DNA from: Candidatus Methylomirabilales bacterium
GTDB taxonomy: Bacteria; Methylomirabilota; Methylomirabilia; Methylomirabilales; CSP1-5
Length of the DNA: 27,900 bases
NCBI GenBank assembly: GCA_046758505.1
Contig: JBHIAH010000028.1
Coordinates: 1-27,900, forward strand
Reading direction: 5' to 3'
Position 1 is the stretch's first letter. Each line of letters starts with the position of its first letter. Shown here in pieces: positions 1 through 9,885 of this stretch. The notes below the pieces were generated by a model that saw only the letters and a program-made list of their open reading frames with translations, did no database searches and had not been told where the DNA came from. The position numbers and the translations under genes are program-made.

Positions 1-75
1 CCTGTAGCTCAGCCCGGATAGAGCAACGGCCTCCGGAGCCGTGTGTCAGAGGTTCAAATCCTCTCAGGCGCGCCA
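1..75 (+). tRNA. tRNA-Arg(CCG), 5' end truncated by window edge (~3 nt)
   Basis: Anticodon arm ACGGC-CT-CCG-GA-GCCGT, T-loop GGTTCAAATCC, 3' CAGGCGC-G-CCA. Confidence 0.95.
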
Positions 76-90
76 AACCGGGGCGACGGC

Positions 91-175
91 GTTCACGGTT
101 CAGAGGTTACAGTTCACGGCACGGGCTCGGTATTTGGCTTTTTTTACCGTGAACCATGAACTGAGAACAATGAAC
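91..175. repeat. Inverted heptamer tandem arrays, family A (GTTCAnn ... nnTGAAC)
   Basis: Left arm GTTCACG GTTCAGA GGTTACA GTTCACG (91-118); right arm CGTGAAC CATGAAC TGAGAAC AATGAAC (148-175). Confidence 0.85.
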
Positions 176-183
176 CGGCCGAT

Positions 184-260
184 GGTGAGCGTAGCTCAGC
201 GGATAGAGCACTGGACTGTGGCTCCAGGGGCCGAGGGTTCGAATCCCTCCGTTCACCCCA
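184..260 (+). tRNA. tRNA-His(GTG)
   Basis: G-1 plus GTGAGCG/CGTTCAC acceptor, anticodon arm CTGGA-CT-GTG-GC-TCCAG, C discriminator, CCA. Confidence 0.96.
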
Positions 261-268
261 CAAGGGAA

Positions 269-374
269 GCTGACAGCTATCAGCGGTCAGTAGTCAGCTA
301 TTAGATGAAGGACGGACCGAAAGGTTAAGAAACTGGTCGCCTCGGCTGATTGCTGATAGCGGACAGCTGACAGC
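269..374. repeat. Inverted heptamer tandem arrays, family B (GCnnTCA ... GCTGAnn)
   Basis: GCTGACA GCTATCA GCGGTCA GTAGTCA GCTATTA (269-303); GCTGATT GCTGATA GCGGACA GCTGACA GC (345-374). Confidence 0.85.
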
Positions 375-389
375 CAAGTACTTTTTGTT

Positions 390-466
<77 letters not shown>

Positions 467-480
467 CGCCAGTGAAGAGC

Positions 481-580
481 GTTCATAGTTCATGGTTCAA
501 GGTTCAGGGTCGAAGGTGAAGAGCAGCGGAGAGGCGAGTCCTTACTCTGAACCCTGAACTATAAACCGTGAACCAAGGAC
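481..580. repeat. Inverted heptamer tandem arrays, family A
   Basis: GTTCATA GTTCATG GTTCAAG GTTCAGG GTCGAAG (481-515); TCTGAAC CCTGAAC TATAAAC CGTGAAC CAAGGAC (546-580). Confidence 0.88.
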
Positions 581-583
581 GGG

Positions 584-659
<76 letters not shown>

Positions 660-668
660 TGGAGAGCA

Positions 669-752
669 GCAGTCGGCAATCAGCTGTCGGCAGTCAGCAA
701 ATGCCCGATTGGTTCTAGCGGATAGCTGATTGCTGATAGCTGACGGCTGGTA
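669..752. repeat. Inverted heptamer tandem arrays, family B
   Basis: GCAGTCG GCAATCA GCTGTCG GCAGTCA GC (669-698); GCGGATA GCTGATT GCTGATA GCTGACG GCTGGTA (718-752). Confidence 0.88.
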
Positions 753-758
753 ACCCGG

Positions 759-835
<77 letters not shown>

Positions 836-840
836 CATCG

Positions 841-934
841 GTTGAGGGTTCGGAGTTGAGAGTTCAGGGTCTGCGAACTGTGGACGATGAGCCTTGAACC
901 ACGAACGATGAACCCTGAACTATGAACCATGAAC
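841..934. repeat. Inverted heptamer tandem arrays, family A (asymmetric, 4 vs 9 units)
   Basis: GTTGAGG GTTCGGA GTTGAGA GTTCAGG (841-868); nine nnTGAAC-like units 872-934; followed by perfect 10-bp hairpin ACATCGCGCC-GGA-GGCGCGATGT (936-958). Confidence 0.85.
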
Positions 935-961
935 CACATCGCGCCGGAGGCGCGATGTAGG

Positions 962-1046
962 GCGAGAGTGGCGGAACAGGCAGACGCGCGGGACTTAGGA
1001 TCCCGTGGGTAAAACCGTGGGGGTTCAAGTCCCCCCTCTCGCACCA
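962..1046 (+). tRNA. tRNA-Leu(TAG)
   Basis: GCGAGAG/CTCTCGC acceptor, CGGGA-CT-TAG-GA-TCCCG, long variable arm, ACCA; tRNA-Leu upstream of tig is a common arrangement. Confidence 0.96.
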
Positions 1047-1061
1047 AGGATTAAGAAGACG

Positions 1062-2351
1062 ATGAAAGTCAGTGTCGAAGAACTCTCGGGGTGCAAGCGA
1101 GCCCTCACTGTGGAGGTCCCGCCCGAGGCGGTCCGTCCCACGGTGGAGGGCGTGTGTCAGAAACTGAGTCAGCGGGTCGCACTCCCAGGTTTTCGGCGCG
1201 GGAAGGTGCCCCGGGAGATCCTCGAGCGTCGGTTCCGGGATGAGATTCGGGATGAGGTCCTCCAGGAGATGGTCCCGAACACCTACCGGCAGGCGGTGGA
1301 GCAATCCCACCTTGACCCGGTTGATCTTCCCACGGTCGAGGAGGTGGTCTTCCAGCTCGGGGAACCTCTCCGATATCGAGCCGTGTTGGAGGTCAAGCCC
1401 TCGGTGGAGGTCAAGGATTATACGGGGGTGGTGGTCTCTCGAAACAAGGTGGAGGTGACCGACAAGGAGGTGGAGGACTACCTCAAGGTATTGCAAGAGC
1501 ACGCGGCCGAATATATCCCGCTCGAGGGCTGGCCGGCCTTGGCGGGAGATCGGCTGATTGTTGATGCGCAGGGCTTCCTCGACGGGAAACCGCGGAAGGA
1601 CCTTCGCGTGGAGGATTTTACCATGGAGCTTGGGGGGGGACAGTTCCTCCCGGGCGCGGATGAGCGTCTCGCGGGCGTCCAAAAGGGGGAGGTCAGGGAT
1701 GTCCCGGTGACCTTTCCTCCCGACGACCCCAGGAAAGATCTTCGGGAGAGAGAGGTATTGTTTCGGTTCACGGTGAAGGAGATCAAGAAGAAGAAGGTCC
1801 TGTCCCTCGATGATGCGTTTGCGAAAGCCGTGGGCGAGTGTGAGACCCTGCGGGAACTTCGGGAGAAGGTGCGCGACGAGATTCTCAAGCGGAAGGACCA
1901 GGAGGAGGAACGGCGCCTGAAGTGGGAAGTGGTGGAGAAGATCGCAGCCACGCATCCCCTCGAGGTTCCCGAAGGTTTGGTCCGACGGGAGATGGAAGGG
2001 ATGCTTCGGGAGTTTTCCGGCTCGGTGGGGGCCCAACCGGAGGGGCTGATGGGGGATGTCTCGTTCCGCTTGAAACTGGAGGAGGCGGCTCGGAAGCGGG
2101 TCAAGCATGCCCTGATCTTGGAGGCCGTGGCCCGACAAGAGGGGATAGCGGCAGATCGTGAGGAAGTGGAAGCCGAAGTAGAGCGGTTGGCCTCGGCGCT
2201 GAATCAGAAGGCGGATGCGCTCAAGGCACACTTGGACCGCGAAGGTCGCGTGGAGGGCCTGACGGCCAACCTCGTAGAGCGGAAGACCATTGATTTCCTC
2301 TTTACGCAGGCGAAGATTCTGGATAACTATGACCTTATTTCCCTCCCGTGA
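1062..2351 (+). CDS. tig: Trigger factor (ribosome-associated chaperone/PPIase)
   Basis: Signature [14 protein letters not shown]-like middle domain, tig-clpP-clpX synteny; start moved to ATG 1062 because the longer ORF overlaps tRNA-Leu. Confidence 0.96.
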   Translation: MKVSVEELSGCKRALTVEVPPEAVRPTVEGVCQKLSQRVALPGFRRGKVPREILERRFRDEIRDEVLQEMVPNTYRQAVEQSHLDPVDLPTVEEVVFQLGEPLRYRAVLEVKPSVEVKDYTGVVVSRNKVEVTDKEVEDYLKVLQEHAAEYIPLEGWPALAGDRLIVDAQGFLDGKPRKDLRVEDFTMELGGGQFLPGADERLAGVQKGEVRDVPVTFPPDDPRKDLREREVLFRFTVKEIKKKKVLSLDDAFAKAVGECETLRELREKVRDEILKRKDQEEERRLKWEVVEKIAATHPLEVPEGLVRREMEGMLREFSGSVGAQPEGLMGDVSFRLKLEEAARKRVKHALILEAVARQEGIAADREEVEAEVERLASALNQKADALKAHLDREGRVEGLTANLVERKTIDFLFTQAKILDNYDLISLP

Positions 2352-2401
2352 AGGGGGGGCCCCGGCTGCGATCCGCCGGGGCAAGCGGAGGGAGAGCACC
2401 G

Positions 2402-3028
2402 ATGTACCTCGTACCGATGGTCGTGGAACAGACGAACCGGGGTGAGCGCGCCTACGATATCTTCTCCCGTCTCCTCAAAGATCGGATCATTTTCCTGGGG
2501 CACCCCATTGATGACGTGGATGCTAACCTGGTTATCGCCCAGATGATTTTCTTGGAGGCCGAGGACCCAGACAAAGACATCCACATGTACATCAACTGTC
2601 CGGGCGGCTCTGTGACCGCGGGGCTTGCCATCTACGATACGTTGCGATATATCAAACCGGATGTGGAGACCATCTGTATGGGGCAGGCAAGTAGCATGGG
2701 TGCTCTGCTGCTCGCGGCAGGCAAGAAGGGAAAACGGTACTCGCTCCCTCATGCTCGGATCATGATCCACCAGCCGTTAGGGGGGGTACAGGGGCAGGCA
2801 ACGGACATTGACATCCAGGCGCGAGAGATCCTTCGGGTTCGGGATGAAGTGAACCGGATTCTCGTCGCACATACGGGCCAGCCCCTGGAGAAGGTCGAGA
2901 AGGATACGGACCGGGATTTCTTTATGACTGCCGAGCAGGCCAAGGATTATGGCCTCATCGATGAAGTGATCATCTCCCGGGAGACGGTAAAGCTTCCACC
3001 AGAGGTGTTGGTGCAAGGGTCAGGGTAA
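2402..3028 (+). CDS. clpP: ATP-dependent Clp protease proteolytic subunit
   Basis: [29 protein letters not shown], catalytic GQASSMG (Ser) and IMIHQP (His), DRDFFM; GGAG-rich RBS before ATG 2402. Confidence 0.97.
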   Translation: MYLVPMVVEQTNRGERAYDIFSRLLKDRIIFLGHPIDDVDANLVIAQMIFLEAEDPDKDIHMYINCPGGSVTAGLAIYDTLRYIKPDVETICMGQASSMGALLLAAGKKGKRYSLPHARIMIHQPLGGVQGQATDIDIQAREILRVRDEVNRILVAHTGQPLEKVEKDTDRDFFMTAEQAKDYGLIDEVIISRETVKLPPEVLVQGSG

Positions 3029-3041
3029 CAGGAGGGAAACC

Positions 3042-4292
3042 ATGGCCAAGCCCATCAAGCAGGGCGGAAAGCTCCAGTGCTCCTTCTGCGGCAAGAGCCA
3101 GGATGACGTCCGCAAGCTGATCGCCGGGCCCACCGTCTACATCTGCGATGAGTGCATCGAGCTGTGCAACGACATCATCGCCGAGGAGTTGGAGGAGGAG
3201 CGCGGAAAAGACCTGGGGGATGTGCCCAAGCCGGCAGAGATCAAGGCCATCTTGGATCAGTATGTGATTGGGCAGGAGCGAGCCAAGCGGATCCTCTCGG
3301 TGGCGGTGTACAACCATTACAAGCGCATCAACGCTCGAGCTCGCCTCGATGATCCGGAGCTTGCCAAATCCAATATCCTGCTCGTCGGCCCGACCGGGTC
3401 CGGGAAGACCCTGCTCGCTCAGACCTTTGCCAAGATCCTGGATGTTCCCTTTACCATCGCCGACGCCACGACCCTCACCGAGGCGGGATACGTGGGGGAG
3501 GACGTGGAAAACATCATTCTCCGCCTGCTCCAGGTGGCGGACTATGACATCGAGCGAGCGGAGCGGGGGATTGTCTATATCGACGAGATCGACAAGATCG
3601 CGCGGAAATCCGAAAACCCTTCCATCACCCGTGATGTCTCCGGGGAAGGCGTCCAACAGGCCCTGTTGAAGATCCTGGAGGGGACGGTGGCCAACGTCCC
3701 CCCCCAGGGAGGGCGGAAGCATCCCCAGCAGGAATACCTCCAGGTCGATACCACCAACATCCTTTTTATCTGCGGGGGAGCCTTCGTGGGGCTGGAGAAG
3801 ATGGTCGAGGATCGGATTGGTCGAAAGGCGATGGGTTTTGGGGCCGTGATCCAGGGCCGGCGGGACAGGAAGATCGGCGAGACCCTGGCCGAAGTCCACC
3901 CCGAGGATCTCCTCAGGTACGGTCTGATACCCGAGCTCGTGGGGCGGCTGCCGGTGGTGGCTACGCTCCACGAGCTGGATGAGGCGGCCCTGGTCCGCAT
4001 CCTGGTGGAGCCGAAAAACGCCCTGATGAAGCAGTACCAGAAGTTTTTTGGGTTCGAGGGGGTGAAGCTGGCCTTCACCGAGGATGCGGTCCAGGCGGTG
4101 GCAGAAGCCGCCGTGCGGCGAGACACGGGGGCGCGGGGCCTGCGGTCGATCCTCGAGGATATCATGCTGGATATCATGTACGAGATCCCCTCCCAGACCG
4201 GCGTGGCCGAGGTGATCATCGGTCGGGAGGTGATCTTGGAGCGGAAACGTCCCATCCTCCTGTTTCACAAGAAGAAGGCCGAATCGGCGTAA
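3042..4292 (+). CDS. clpX: ATP-dependent Clp protease ATP-binding subunit ClpX
   Basis: Zn-binding CSFC...CDEC, Walker [15 protein letters not shown], Walker B IDEIDK, RKH loop. Confidence 0.98.
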   Translation: MAKPIKQGGKLQCSFCGKSQDDVRKLIAGPTVYICDECIELCNDIIAEELEEERGKDLGDVPKPAEIKAILDQYVIGQERAKRILSVAVYNHYKRINARARLDDPELAKSNILLVGPTGSGKTLLAQTFAKILDVPFTIADATTLTEAGYVGEDVENIILRLLQVADYDIERAERGIVYIDEIDKIARKSENPSITRDVSGEGVQQALLKILEGTVANVPPQGGRKHPQQEYLQVDTTNILFICGGAFVGLEKMVEDRIGRKAMGFGAVIQGRRDRKIGETLAEVHPEDLLRYGLIPELVGRLPVVATLHELDEAALVRILVEPKNALMKQYQKFFGFEGVKLAFTEDAVQAVAEAAVRRDTGARGLRSILEDIMLDIMYEIPSQTGVAEVIIGREVILERKRPILLFHKKKAESA

Positions 4293-4337
4293 GGGCCTCC
4301 AGCGCGCGTCGCGTTGGGCCAACTTCGCCCTTTTTCC

Positions 4338-4366
4338 TTGACACTTCCTGACCTCTTCAGTAGCGT
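4338..4366 (+). promoter_or_regulatory. Putative sigma70 promoter for bamD
   Basis: TTGACA-N17-TAGCGT, 37 nt upstream of GTG 4404. Confidence 0.6.
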
Positions 4367-4403
4367 GGAATCGATTGTGTGGGGCCCTGCCCGGAGGCGT
4401 CGT

Positions 4404-5297
4404 GTGACCTCGCGGCAACCGGTGTGGATAATTGGTCTGGTTTTGCTGGTGCCGTCCCTCATCCTGGGTGCGTGTGCCCATCGGCGCGACTATGGGGCTG
4501 CGGCCGACCCGGAAGCCCTCTTCTGGCGGGCCAACTACGAATTTATGCGGGGACGGTACGAGGACGCCCGAGAGAAGCTCCGCCTCTTCGTCAGCCAGTT
4601 TCCCGACAGCCCCGTCATTCCCGAGGTCCGCCTCGGGATTGCCCGAACGTATTTCGAAGAGGAAAACTACGAGCAGGCGCGGGTAGAGTATGACCGGTTT
4701 CTGAGCCTCCATCCGCGCCACGAGCGCATGGACGAGGCGCTGTACTTTATCGGCCTGAGCTATTTCCGCCAGATCGAGAAAGTAGATCGGGATCAGACCG
4801 CCACCCGGCGGGCGATCGTGGCCTGTCGTAAGCTCATAACAGAGGTTCCCGACACGCCGTACAAACGCGAGGCCAAGGCAATGATCGCCGTTGCCCGGCA
4901 CCGCCTGGCGGCGCAAGAGATCAATGTGGGGCTCTTCTACTTGAAGCGGGACAAGTTCAAAGCGGCGAGGGGTCGATTCGAACGAGTGCTGGACCTGTAT
5001 GCTGGCACAGGCCTGGAGGCAAAGGCCCTCTATTATCTGGGGGAGGCGTACACCGGTTTGGGGGAGGAGCAGAAGGCCCAAGAGGCCTACCGGCAGCTCC
5101 TGGAAAAATACCCCGACTCTCGGTTTGCCGTGGAGGCCGGAGATCGCCTCGGGATCAAGGTGGTGCTCCGGTCGACCCCCGGCGAACATGCGCGGGATTC
5201 CGAGGAGGCGGCTGGGGGCTTTTGGGGCTTGTTTAGGGAATCCTGGGACGAGATCAAGACCGCCTTCAAGAATACGCTGAAATCTTCCCCGCGGTAG
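4404..5297 (+). CDS. bamD: Outer membrane protein assembly factor BamD (lipoprotein, TPR)
   Basis: Lipobox LGAC after hydrophobic stretch, TPR repeats, DRDQT and E..VG.FY.KR..F.AA..RF motifs; GGAGG RBS before GTG 4404. Confidence 0.88.
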   Translation: MTSRQPVWIIGLVLLVPSLILGACAHRRDYGAAADPEALFWRANYEFMRGRYEDAREKLRLFVSQFPDSPVIPEVRLGIARTYFEEENYEQARVEYDRFLSLHPRHERMDEALYFIGLSYFRQIEKVDRDQTATRRAIVACRKLITEVPDTPYKREAKAMIAVARHRLAAQEINVGLFYLKRDKFKAARGRFERVLDLYAGTGLEAKALYYLGEAYTGLGEEQKAQEAYRQLLEKYPDSRFAVEAGDRLGIKVVLRSTPGEHARDSEEAAGGFWGLFRESWDEIKTAFKNTLKSSPR

Positions 5298-5313
5298 TTT
5301 CCCATCCGACGCC

Positions 5314-6030
5314 ATGGACACGCGGCAGTTAAAACAGCAGATCCAACAGGCAACGGCCCTCTTCCAGGCGGGGCGGTATGAAGAGGCTGAAGTGTTGCTG
5401 CTGGAAATCGCCCAACAAAATCCGCTGTACGCCAACGTATACAACATGTTGGGATTCATTTATTCCCAGCGCGACGCCCCGGACAAGGCCGTGGAACTCT
5501 TCCGGCAGGCCTTGAGCGTCAATCCCGCGTACACCGAGGCGCGGCTCAATCTCGCCATCACGTTGGCCGATTCGGGGGCTTACAGCGAGGCCATCCGCGA
5601 GTACGGGCTGGCCAAGGAACGAGAGCAGGCCAAGGCCCCGACCCTCCCCACCCATGCCCAGGCGCGCCTGGCCAATGCCCACGACGAGCTGGCCAAGGCC
5701 TATCAGGAGCTCGGTCTCTATCCACAGGCGGTCCAGGAGTACGAGAAGGCCATCGCCCTGGCCCCCCATTTTCCTGATCTCCATTGCAATCTAGCCCGCT
5801 GTTACATGGAGGCGGGCGATGGGGATCGGGCGGAGGCTGCCCTGGGGCGCGCCCTAGAGCTTCATCCGGCCTATGCCGATGCCCTCGTCCAGCTGGGACT
5901 CCTCCACTACCAACGGCGCGAGACCCTCCAGGCGATTTCCGCTTGGGAGAAAGCCCTGGCCTCCGATCCGGGCAACGTGTTAGCTCAGATTTACCTGCGC
6001 ATGGCTCGGGAAGGGGGGGCGGGGGACTGA
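5314..6030 (+). CDS. Tetratricopeptide repeat protein
   Basis: Multiple TPR consensus units (YNMLG...A...F..AL..NP.Y.EAR.NLA). Confidence 0.9.
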   Translation: MDTRQLKQQIQQATALFQAGRYEEAEVLLLEIAQQNPLYANVYNMLGFIYSQRDAPDKAVELFRQALSVNPAYTEARLNLAITLADSGAYSEAIREYGLAKEREQAKAPTLPTHAQARLANAHDELAKAYQELGLYPQAVQEYEKAIALAPHFPDLHCNLARCYMEAGDGDRAEAALGRALELHPAYADALVQLGLLHYQRRETLQAISAWEKALASDPGNVLAQIYLRMAREGGAGD

Positions 6031-6041
6031 TCCCGCTCTCC

Positions 6042-6935
6042 ATGGCCTCGCTCCTGGGGGAAACACGGCGGCTCCTGCTCACTCATGGTCTTCGGCCCAA
6101 GAAGCGCTTGGGGCAGAGCTTCCTGGTCGACCGAACCATCCTGCACAAGATTCTGGAGGGGGGGAGCCTTCGTCGCGAGGATCAGGTCCTGGAGATCGGG
6201 GGGGGGGTTGGGACGCTGACCCGCGCGTTGGCCGAGCGCTGCCGGCGGGTCGTTGCGGTCGAAATTGATGCAGGGCTCTTCCGTATTCTCGAGCAGCTCC
6301 TCGGAGGGAGACCGGAGGTGACGCTCGTACACGGGGATGCGTTGCGTCTTGACTTCGAATCCCTGCTGGGAGCGGAGGGATCCTGGAAGGTCGTTGCGAA
6401 TCTGCCGTACGCCGTCGCCACACCCCTCATGACCCGGCTGCTCGAGGAAAGCCACCGCTTTTCCCTCTTGCTGCTCATGATGCAGGAAGAGGTTGCAGAG
6501 CGGTTGGTCGCTTCCCCGGGCGAGAAGGCGTACGGCTCCCTCACGGTCCTCACCCGGTACTACGCTGATGTGCGAGTAGTGGCCCGGGTGTCCCGTGCCG
6601 CCTTTTACCCCCGCCCCCGTGTCGACTCGGTGCTGGTGAGGCTTGAAGTGCTCCCAACCCCCCGGGTGGCGCCCCGGGACCCCACGCTGTTCTTCCGCCT
6701 AGTTCGAGCCGCCTTCGGTCACCGACGCAAGACCCTCAAGAACGCCCTCTCCCAGGCGGGGTGGGCCCCCCTGGACCGGCAGGCAATTCAGGCAGTCTTG
6801 GTGCGGGCGGGCATCGATCCTCACCGGCGTGGGGAGACCTTGACTTTGCAGGAGTTTCAGGTACTCGCGGATGAGCTCCTCTCCCATATTGGGAATAGCA
6901 GTCAGCGGCTAGCTGTCAGCGGTCAGCAATTTTGA
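6042..6935 (+). CDS. rsmA: 16S rRNA adenine dimethyltransferase KsgA/RsmA
   Basis: PKKRLGQSFL, VLEIGGGVG SAM motif, VVANLPY, F.P.P.VDS, F..RRKTL.N. Confidence 0.95.
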   Translation: MASLLGETRRLLLTHGLRPKKRLGQSFLVDRTILHKILEGGSLRREDQVLEIGGGVGTLTRALAERCRRVVAVEIDAGLFRILEQLLGGRPEVTLVHGDALRLDFESLLGAEGSWKVVANLPYAVATPLMTRLLEESHRFSLLLLMMQEEVAERLVASPGEKAYGSLTVLTRYYADVRVVARVSRAAFYPRPRVDSVLVRLEVLPTPRVAPRDPTLFFRLVRAAFGHRRKTLKNALSQAGWAPLDRQAIQAVLVRAGIDPHRRGETLTLQEFQVLADELLSHIGNSSQRLAVSGQQF

Positions 6936-7039
6936 AGCTATGAGCGATCAGCGATCAGCTTCAAGACCTCGGGGCTGACTGCTAACGGCTGGCTGCTGAC
7001 AGCTGAGAATTTGCTGACTACTGATAGCTGATTGCTGAT
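6898..7039. repeat. Nested inverted heptamer arrays, family B, overlapping rsmA 3' end
   Basis: Two GCnnTCA arms (from 6898 and 6937) followed by two GCTGAnn arms (6973-7039); internal TTGAAGCT/AGCTTCAA inverted pair. Confidence 0.85.
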
Positions 7040-7053
7040 TCGAGGGCGTGGGC

Positions 7054-8211
7054 ATGTTTCATACCGCGCGAGAAGAGGACATTAAGGCCGGCCGGGTCAC
7101 CGATGTCTATTTCCTGCGGACGCTCGAGATCCTGCGCCGCGGAAAGATCGATGCCGCCGCAGCGGCCGAGGTGACCGTCAGCGCCTTCCCCGACTCCCGG
7201 ACCTGGGGTCTCGTGGCCGGAATGGAGGAGGTCGTGGGGCTCTTGGAGGGACTGCCGGTCGACGTGGACGCCTTCTCCGAGGGAGCGTCCTTTCAGGTGG
7301 GAGAGCCGGTCCTCACCATCAGGGGCCCGTACCGGGAGTGGGGACACTATGAGACGGCAATCCTCGGTCTGTTGTGCCAGGCCTCGGGGATCGCCACCAA
7401 GGCGGCCCGGTGTAAGCGCGCGGCGGCGGGCCGACCCGTGATCAGTTTTGGCGCGCGGCGGATGCACCCCGCGCTCGCGCCCATGATCGAGCGGAACGCC
7501 TTCATCGGGGGATGCGACGGGGTCGCGGTGGTGAAATCGGCCGAGCTCATCAGGGAAGACCCGGTCGGGACCATGCCGCATGCCCTCATCCTGATCCTAG
7601 GAGATACCGTCGAGGCGGCCAAGGCCTTTGATGCGATCATCGATCCGCAGGTCAAGCGGGTGGTACTTGTCGACACCGTGCACGATGAGAAGTTCGAAGC
7701 GCTCCGCGTGGCAGAAGCCCTGGGCGACCGTCTGTTTGCCGTGCGGCTCGACACCCCCTCCTCCCGGCGGGGAAACATGCTCGAGATCCTCAGGGAGATC
7801 CGGTGGGAATTGGACTACCGGGGCTTTCCCGGGGTGAGGCTCTTCGTCTCTGGCGGCCTGGACGAGGCGGAGATCCAGAAGCTCAACCCGGTGGCGGATG
7901 CCTACGGCGTCGGGACCGCCATCTCGAACGCGCCGGTGATGAATTTCGCCCTCGACGTGGTGGAGATCGATGGGCGACCCATGGCAAAGCGAGGGAAGCG
8001 GTCCGGGCAGAAGGCGGTGTACCGGTGTCTTGGGTGCCGGCGTCGGTGGGTTCTCCCGGCCCATGCGCCTGCCCCTTCCTGTCCCTGCGGCGGCTCGCTC
8101 GAATCACTCCTCGTTCCCCTCCTCCGGCAGGGACGGATCACCCAAGACCTACCCAGCACCCAAGCGATCCGGTCCCGGGTCCTGGAGGAGCTCGCCCACC
8201 TCCCCCTGTGA
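7054..8211 (+). CDS. pncB: Nicotinate phosphoribosyltransferase (NAPRTase) with C-terminal Cys cluster
   Basis: TDVYF, SFGARR, GTMPH, VRLDTP, SGGLD, GVGT motifs; C-terminal CLGC...CPC; alternative GTG start at 7048. Confidence 0.88.
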   Translation: MFHTAREEDIKAGRVTDVYFLRTLEILRRGKIDAAAAAEVTVSAFPDSRTWGLVAGMEEVVGLLEGLPVDVDAFSEGASFQVGEPVLTIRGPYREWGHYETAILGLLCQASGIATKAARCKRAAAGRPVISFGARRMHPALAPMIERNAFIGGCDGVAVVKSAELIREDPVGTMPHALILILGDTVEAAKAFDAIIDPQVKRVVLVDTVHDEKFEALRVAEALGDRLFAVRLDTPSSRRGNMLEILREIRWELDYRGFPGVRLFVSGGLDEAEIQKLNPVADAYGVGTAISNAPVMNFALDVVEIDGRPMAKRGKRSGQKAVYRCLGCRRRWVLPAHAPAPSCPCGGSLESLLVPLLRQGRITQDLPSTQAIRSRVLEELAHLPL

Positions 8212-8262
8212 CGGCTGTGGCCCCTGCCCGCATTCTCCGGCGCCACGAGGAAATCAATCTAA

Positions 8263-8294
8263 AAAAGGGGAGCATATTGGATGTATCCCCTTTT
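8263..8294. terminator. Hairpin AAAAGGGGA...TCCCCTTTT, possible bidirectional terminator
   Basis: 9-bp perfect inverted repeat with A/T tails, downstream of pncB. Confidence 0.45.
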
Positions 8295-8319
8295 CGCCCC
8301 TTTCGGGAGGGAACGAGCG

Positions 8320-8772
8320 ATGAAAGTGAACGTGTTCAGTACAATGATAGTGGTGATGGCGCTCACGCTCAGCGTTACTATTGCTGCGTATGGGCAGCAG
8401 GAAAAAGTTCCTAGCAAAAGGGGTAGAACATCTAATCTCCAGAAATCCCGAAACTGTCAGCTGAATTCAATGAGTATTACCCCGTCTTCGTTTCGAGAAG
8501 ATGAGCGCATTACTGTTAAGGTTGTGATTATCTGTAATCAACCCGTAGGTAAGGCGCTCATGACTCTACAGCATTGGGTGGGAAACAAGGGGTATGGGAT
8601 GTCACAAAAGTTATTGGCCCTCACGTCCGGCAGAAATGTCGTGCAGCTGAAGGGGCGTGCAGGACGGGCCGGCAGCTATCGGATCCGGGCTAGTGTTTCT
8701 GACGGTTCGCTGAGAGGCACTCTCCGGACAGTCCCTGTCGCCTGGGCGGCACCCAAGGCCGTTTTCCATTAG
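8320..8772 (+). CDS. Hypothetical secreted protein (low GC)
   Basis: GGGAGG RBS, Sec-type signal peptide MKVNVFSTMIVVMALTLSVTIAAYG, beta-strand-like mature part. Confidence 0.7.
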   Translation: MKVNVFSTMIVVMALTLSVTIAAYGQQEKVPSKRGRTSNLQKSRNCQLNSMSITPSSFREDERITVKVVIICNQPVGKALMTLQHWVGNKGYGMSQKLLALTSGRNVVQLKGRAGRAGSYRIRASVSDGSLRGTLRTVPVAWAAPKAVFH

Positions 8773-8823
8773 CAGGACGAGGACCGGGCTAGCATCAGGG
8801 GTGGAAAGAAGGGGAGGCGAGCT

Positions 8824-9885
8824 GTGAAGGCCAAGGGACCGACCCTCAGGACGCTGGGAGAGTTCGGCTTGCTCAGGAGGCTCCGCGCGCGGACCCCCCC
8901 CCTTCCCCCTGACGTGTTGCTGGGCATTGGCGATGACGCATCCATCATGCAACCCTCGCCCGGCGTCGCCCTGGTGGCGACCGTGGATGTCCTGGTGGAG
9001 GGGAAGGATTTCCGCTGGGAATGGTGTTCCCCGGAGGCGGTCGGGCAGAAGGGGCTCACGGTCAGCCTGAGTGACGTCGGGGCCATGGGGGCGGTCCCCA
9101 AATACGCACTCGTCGCCCTGGGGCTTCCGCCGGGCATGCCCCTGGATCGTGTGGACGGCCTTTATCGGGGTATCTGGAAGGCGGCCGAGGGGGCTGGTGT
9201 CGCAGTCGTGGGGGGTGATCTCTCGGCGGCGCCTTGCCTGATGCTCAGTGTGACCCTGATTGGGGAGGGAAAGCCGGATCGCCTCTTGCGGCGCAATGGG
9301 AGCAAGCCTGGCGAGACGATCTGGGTGACCGGTTCACTTGGGAGGGCTGCCGCGGGCCTCAGCGCTTTGAAAGCAGGGTACCGGCTAGAGCAGAAAACCG
9401 TGAAGGGAAGAGGGGGCAGGGCGATGTCGCCCGAGATCCGCGGGGCCGTTCGGCAGGCGATCCGAGCGCAGCTCTATCCAGTGGCCCGGTATCGAGAGGG
9501 CAGGCTCCTGGCCGAACAGGGCGTGGCGACGGCCATGATCGATCTGAGCGATGGGCTTGCCTCCGATCTTCATCGCCTCGCCGAAGAGGGGAAGGTGGGT
9601 TTCCGGATTCTTGCTGAGGAGATTCCCATCGATCCGGCCACAAGGCACGTGGCGCGGCTCCTCGGGTTGGATCCCCTGAAGCTCGCTATCGCGGGGGGGG
9701 AGGATTTCGAGCTGCTCTTCACGAGTGGGGCTGATCGGGCCACCATTCAGGAGAGCCTGGCTGCGCGTGGCCTTGCGCGGCCCCATCTGATCGGGGAGGT
9801 CCTCCCCGAGGCGAGAGGGGTGTGCCTCGTTGGCCCGCGCGGCAGGCCACACCGCCTCCCGGGAGGGTTCGACCATTTCCGTTAG
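8824..9885 (+). CDS. thiL: Thiamine-monophosphate kinase
   Basis: GEF.L, GIGDDA, SDVGAMGA.P, VVGGD, MIDLSDGL..DL, GGEDFELLFT, terminal GFDHF. Confidence 0.95.
   Translation: MKAKGPTLRTLGEFGLLRRLRARTPPLPPDVLLGIGDDASIMQPSPGVALVATVDVLVEGKDFRWEWCSPEAVGQKGLTVSLSDVGAMGAVPKYALVALGLPPGMPLDRVDGLYRGIWKAAEGAGVAVVGGDLSAAPCLMLSVTLIGEGKPDRLLRRNGSKPGETIWVTGSLGRAAAGLSALKAGYRLEQKTVKGRGGRAMSPEIRGAVRQAIRAQLYPVARYREGRLLAEQGVATAMIDLSDGLASDLHRLAEEGKVGFRILAEEIPIDPATRHVARLLGLDPLKLAIAGGEDFELLFTSGADRATIQESLAARGLARPHLIGEVLPEARGVCLVGPRGRPHRLPGGFDHFR

Noticed and set aside
2970..5459. 829-aa minus-strand ORF and other long antisense ORFs (864-2399, 18635-19750, 22073-23308, 24886-26154)
   Set aside because: Shadow frames of well-supported genes in high-GC DNA; no recognisable motifs
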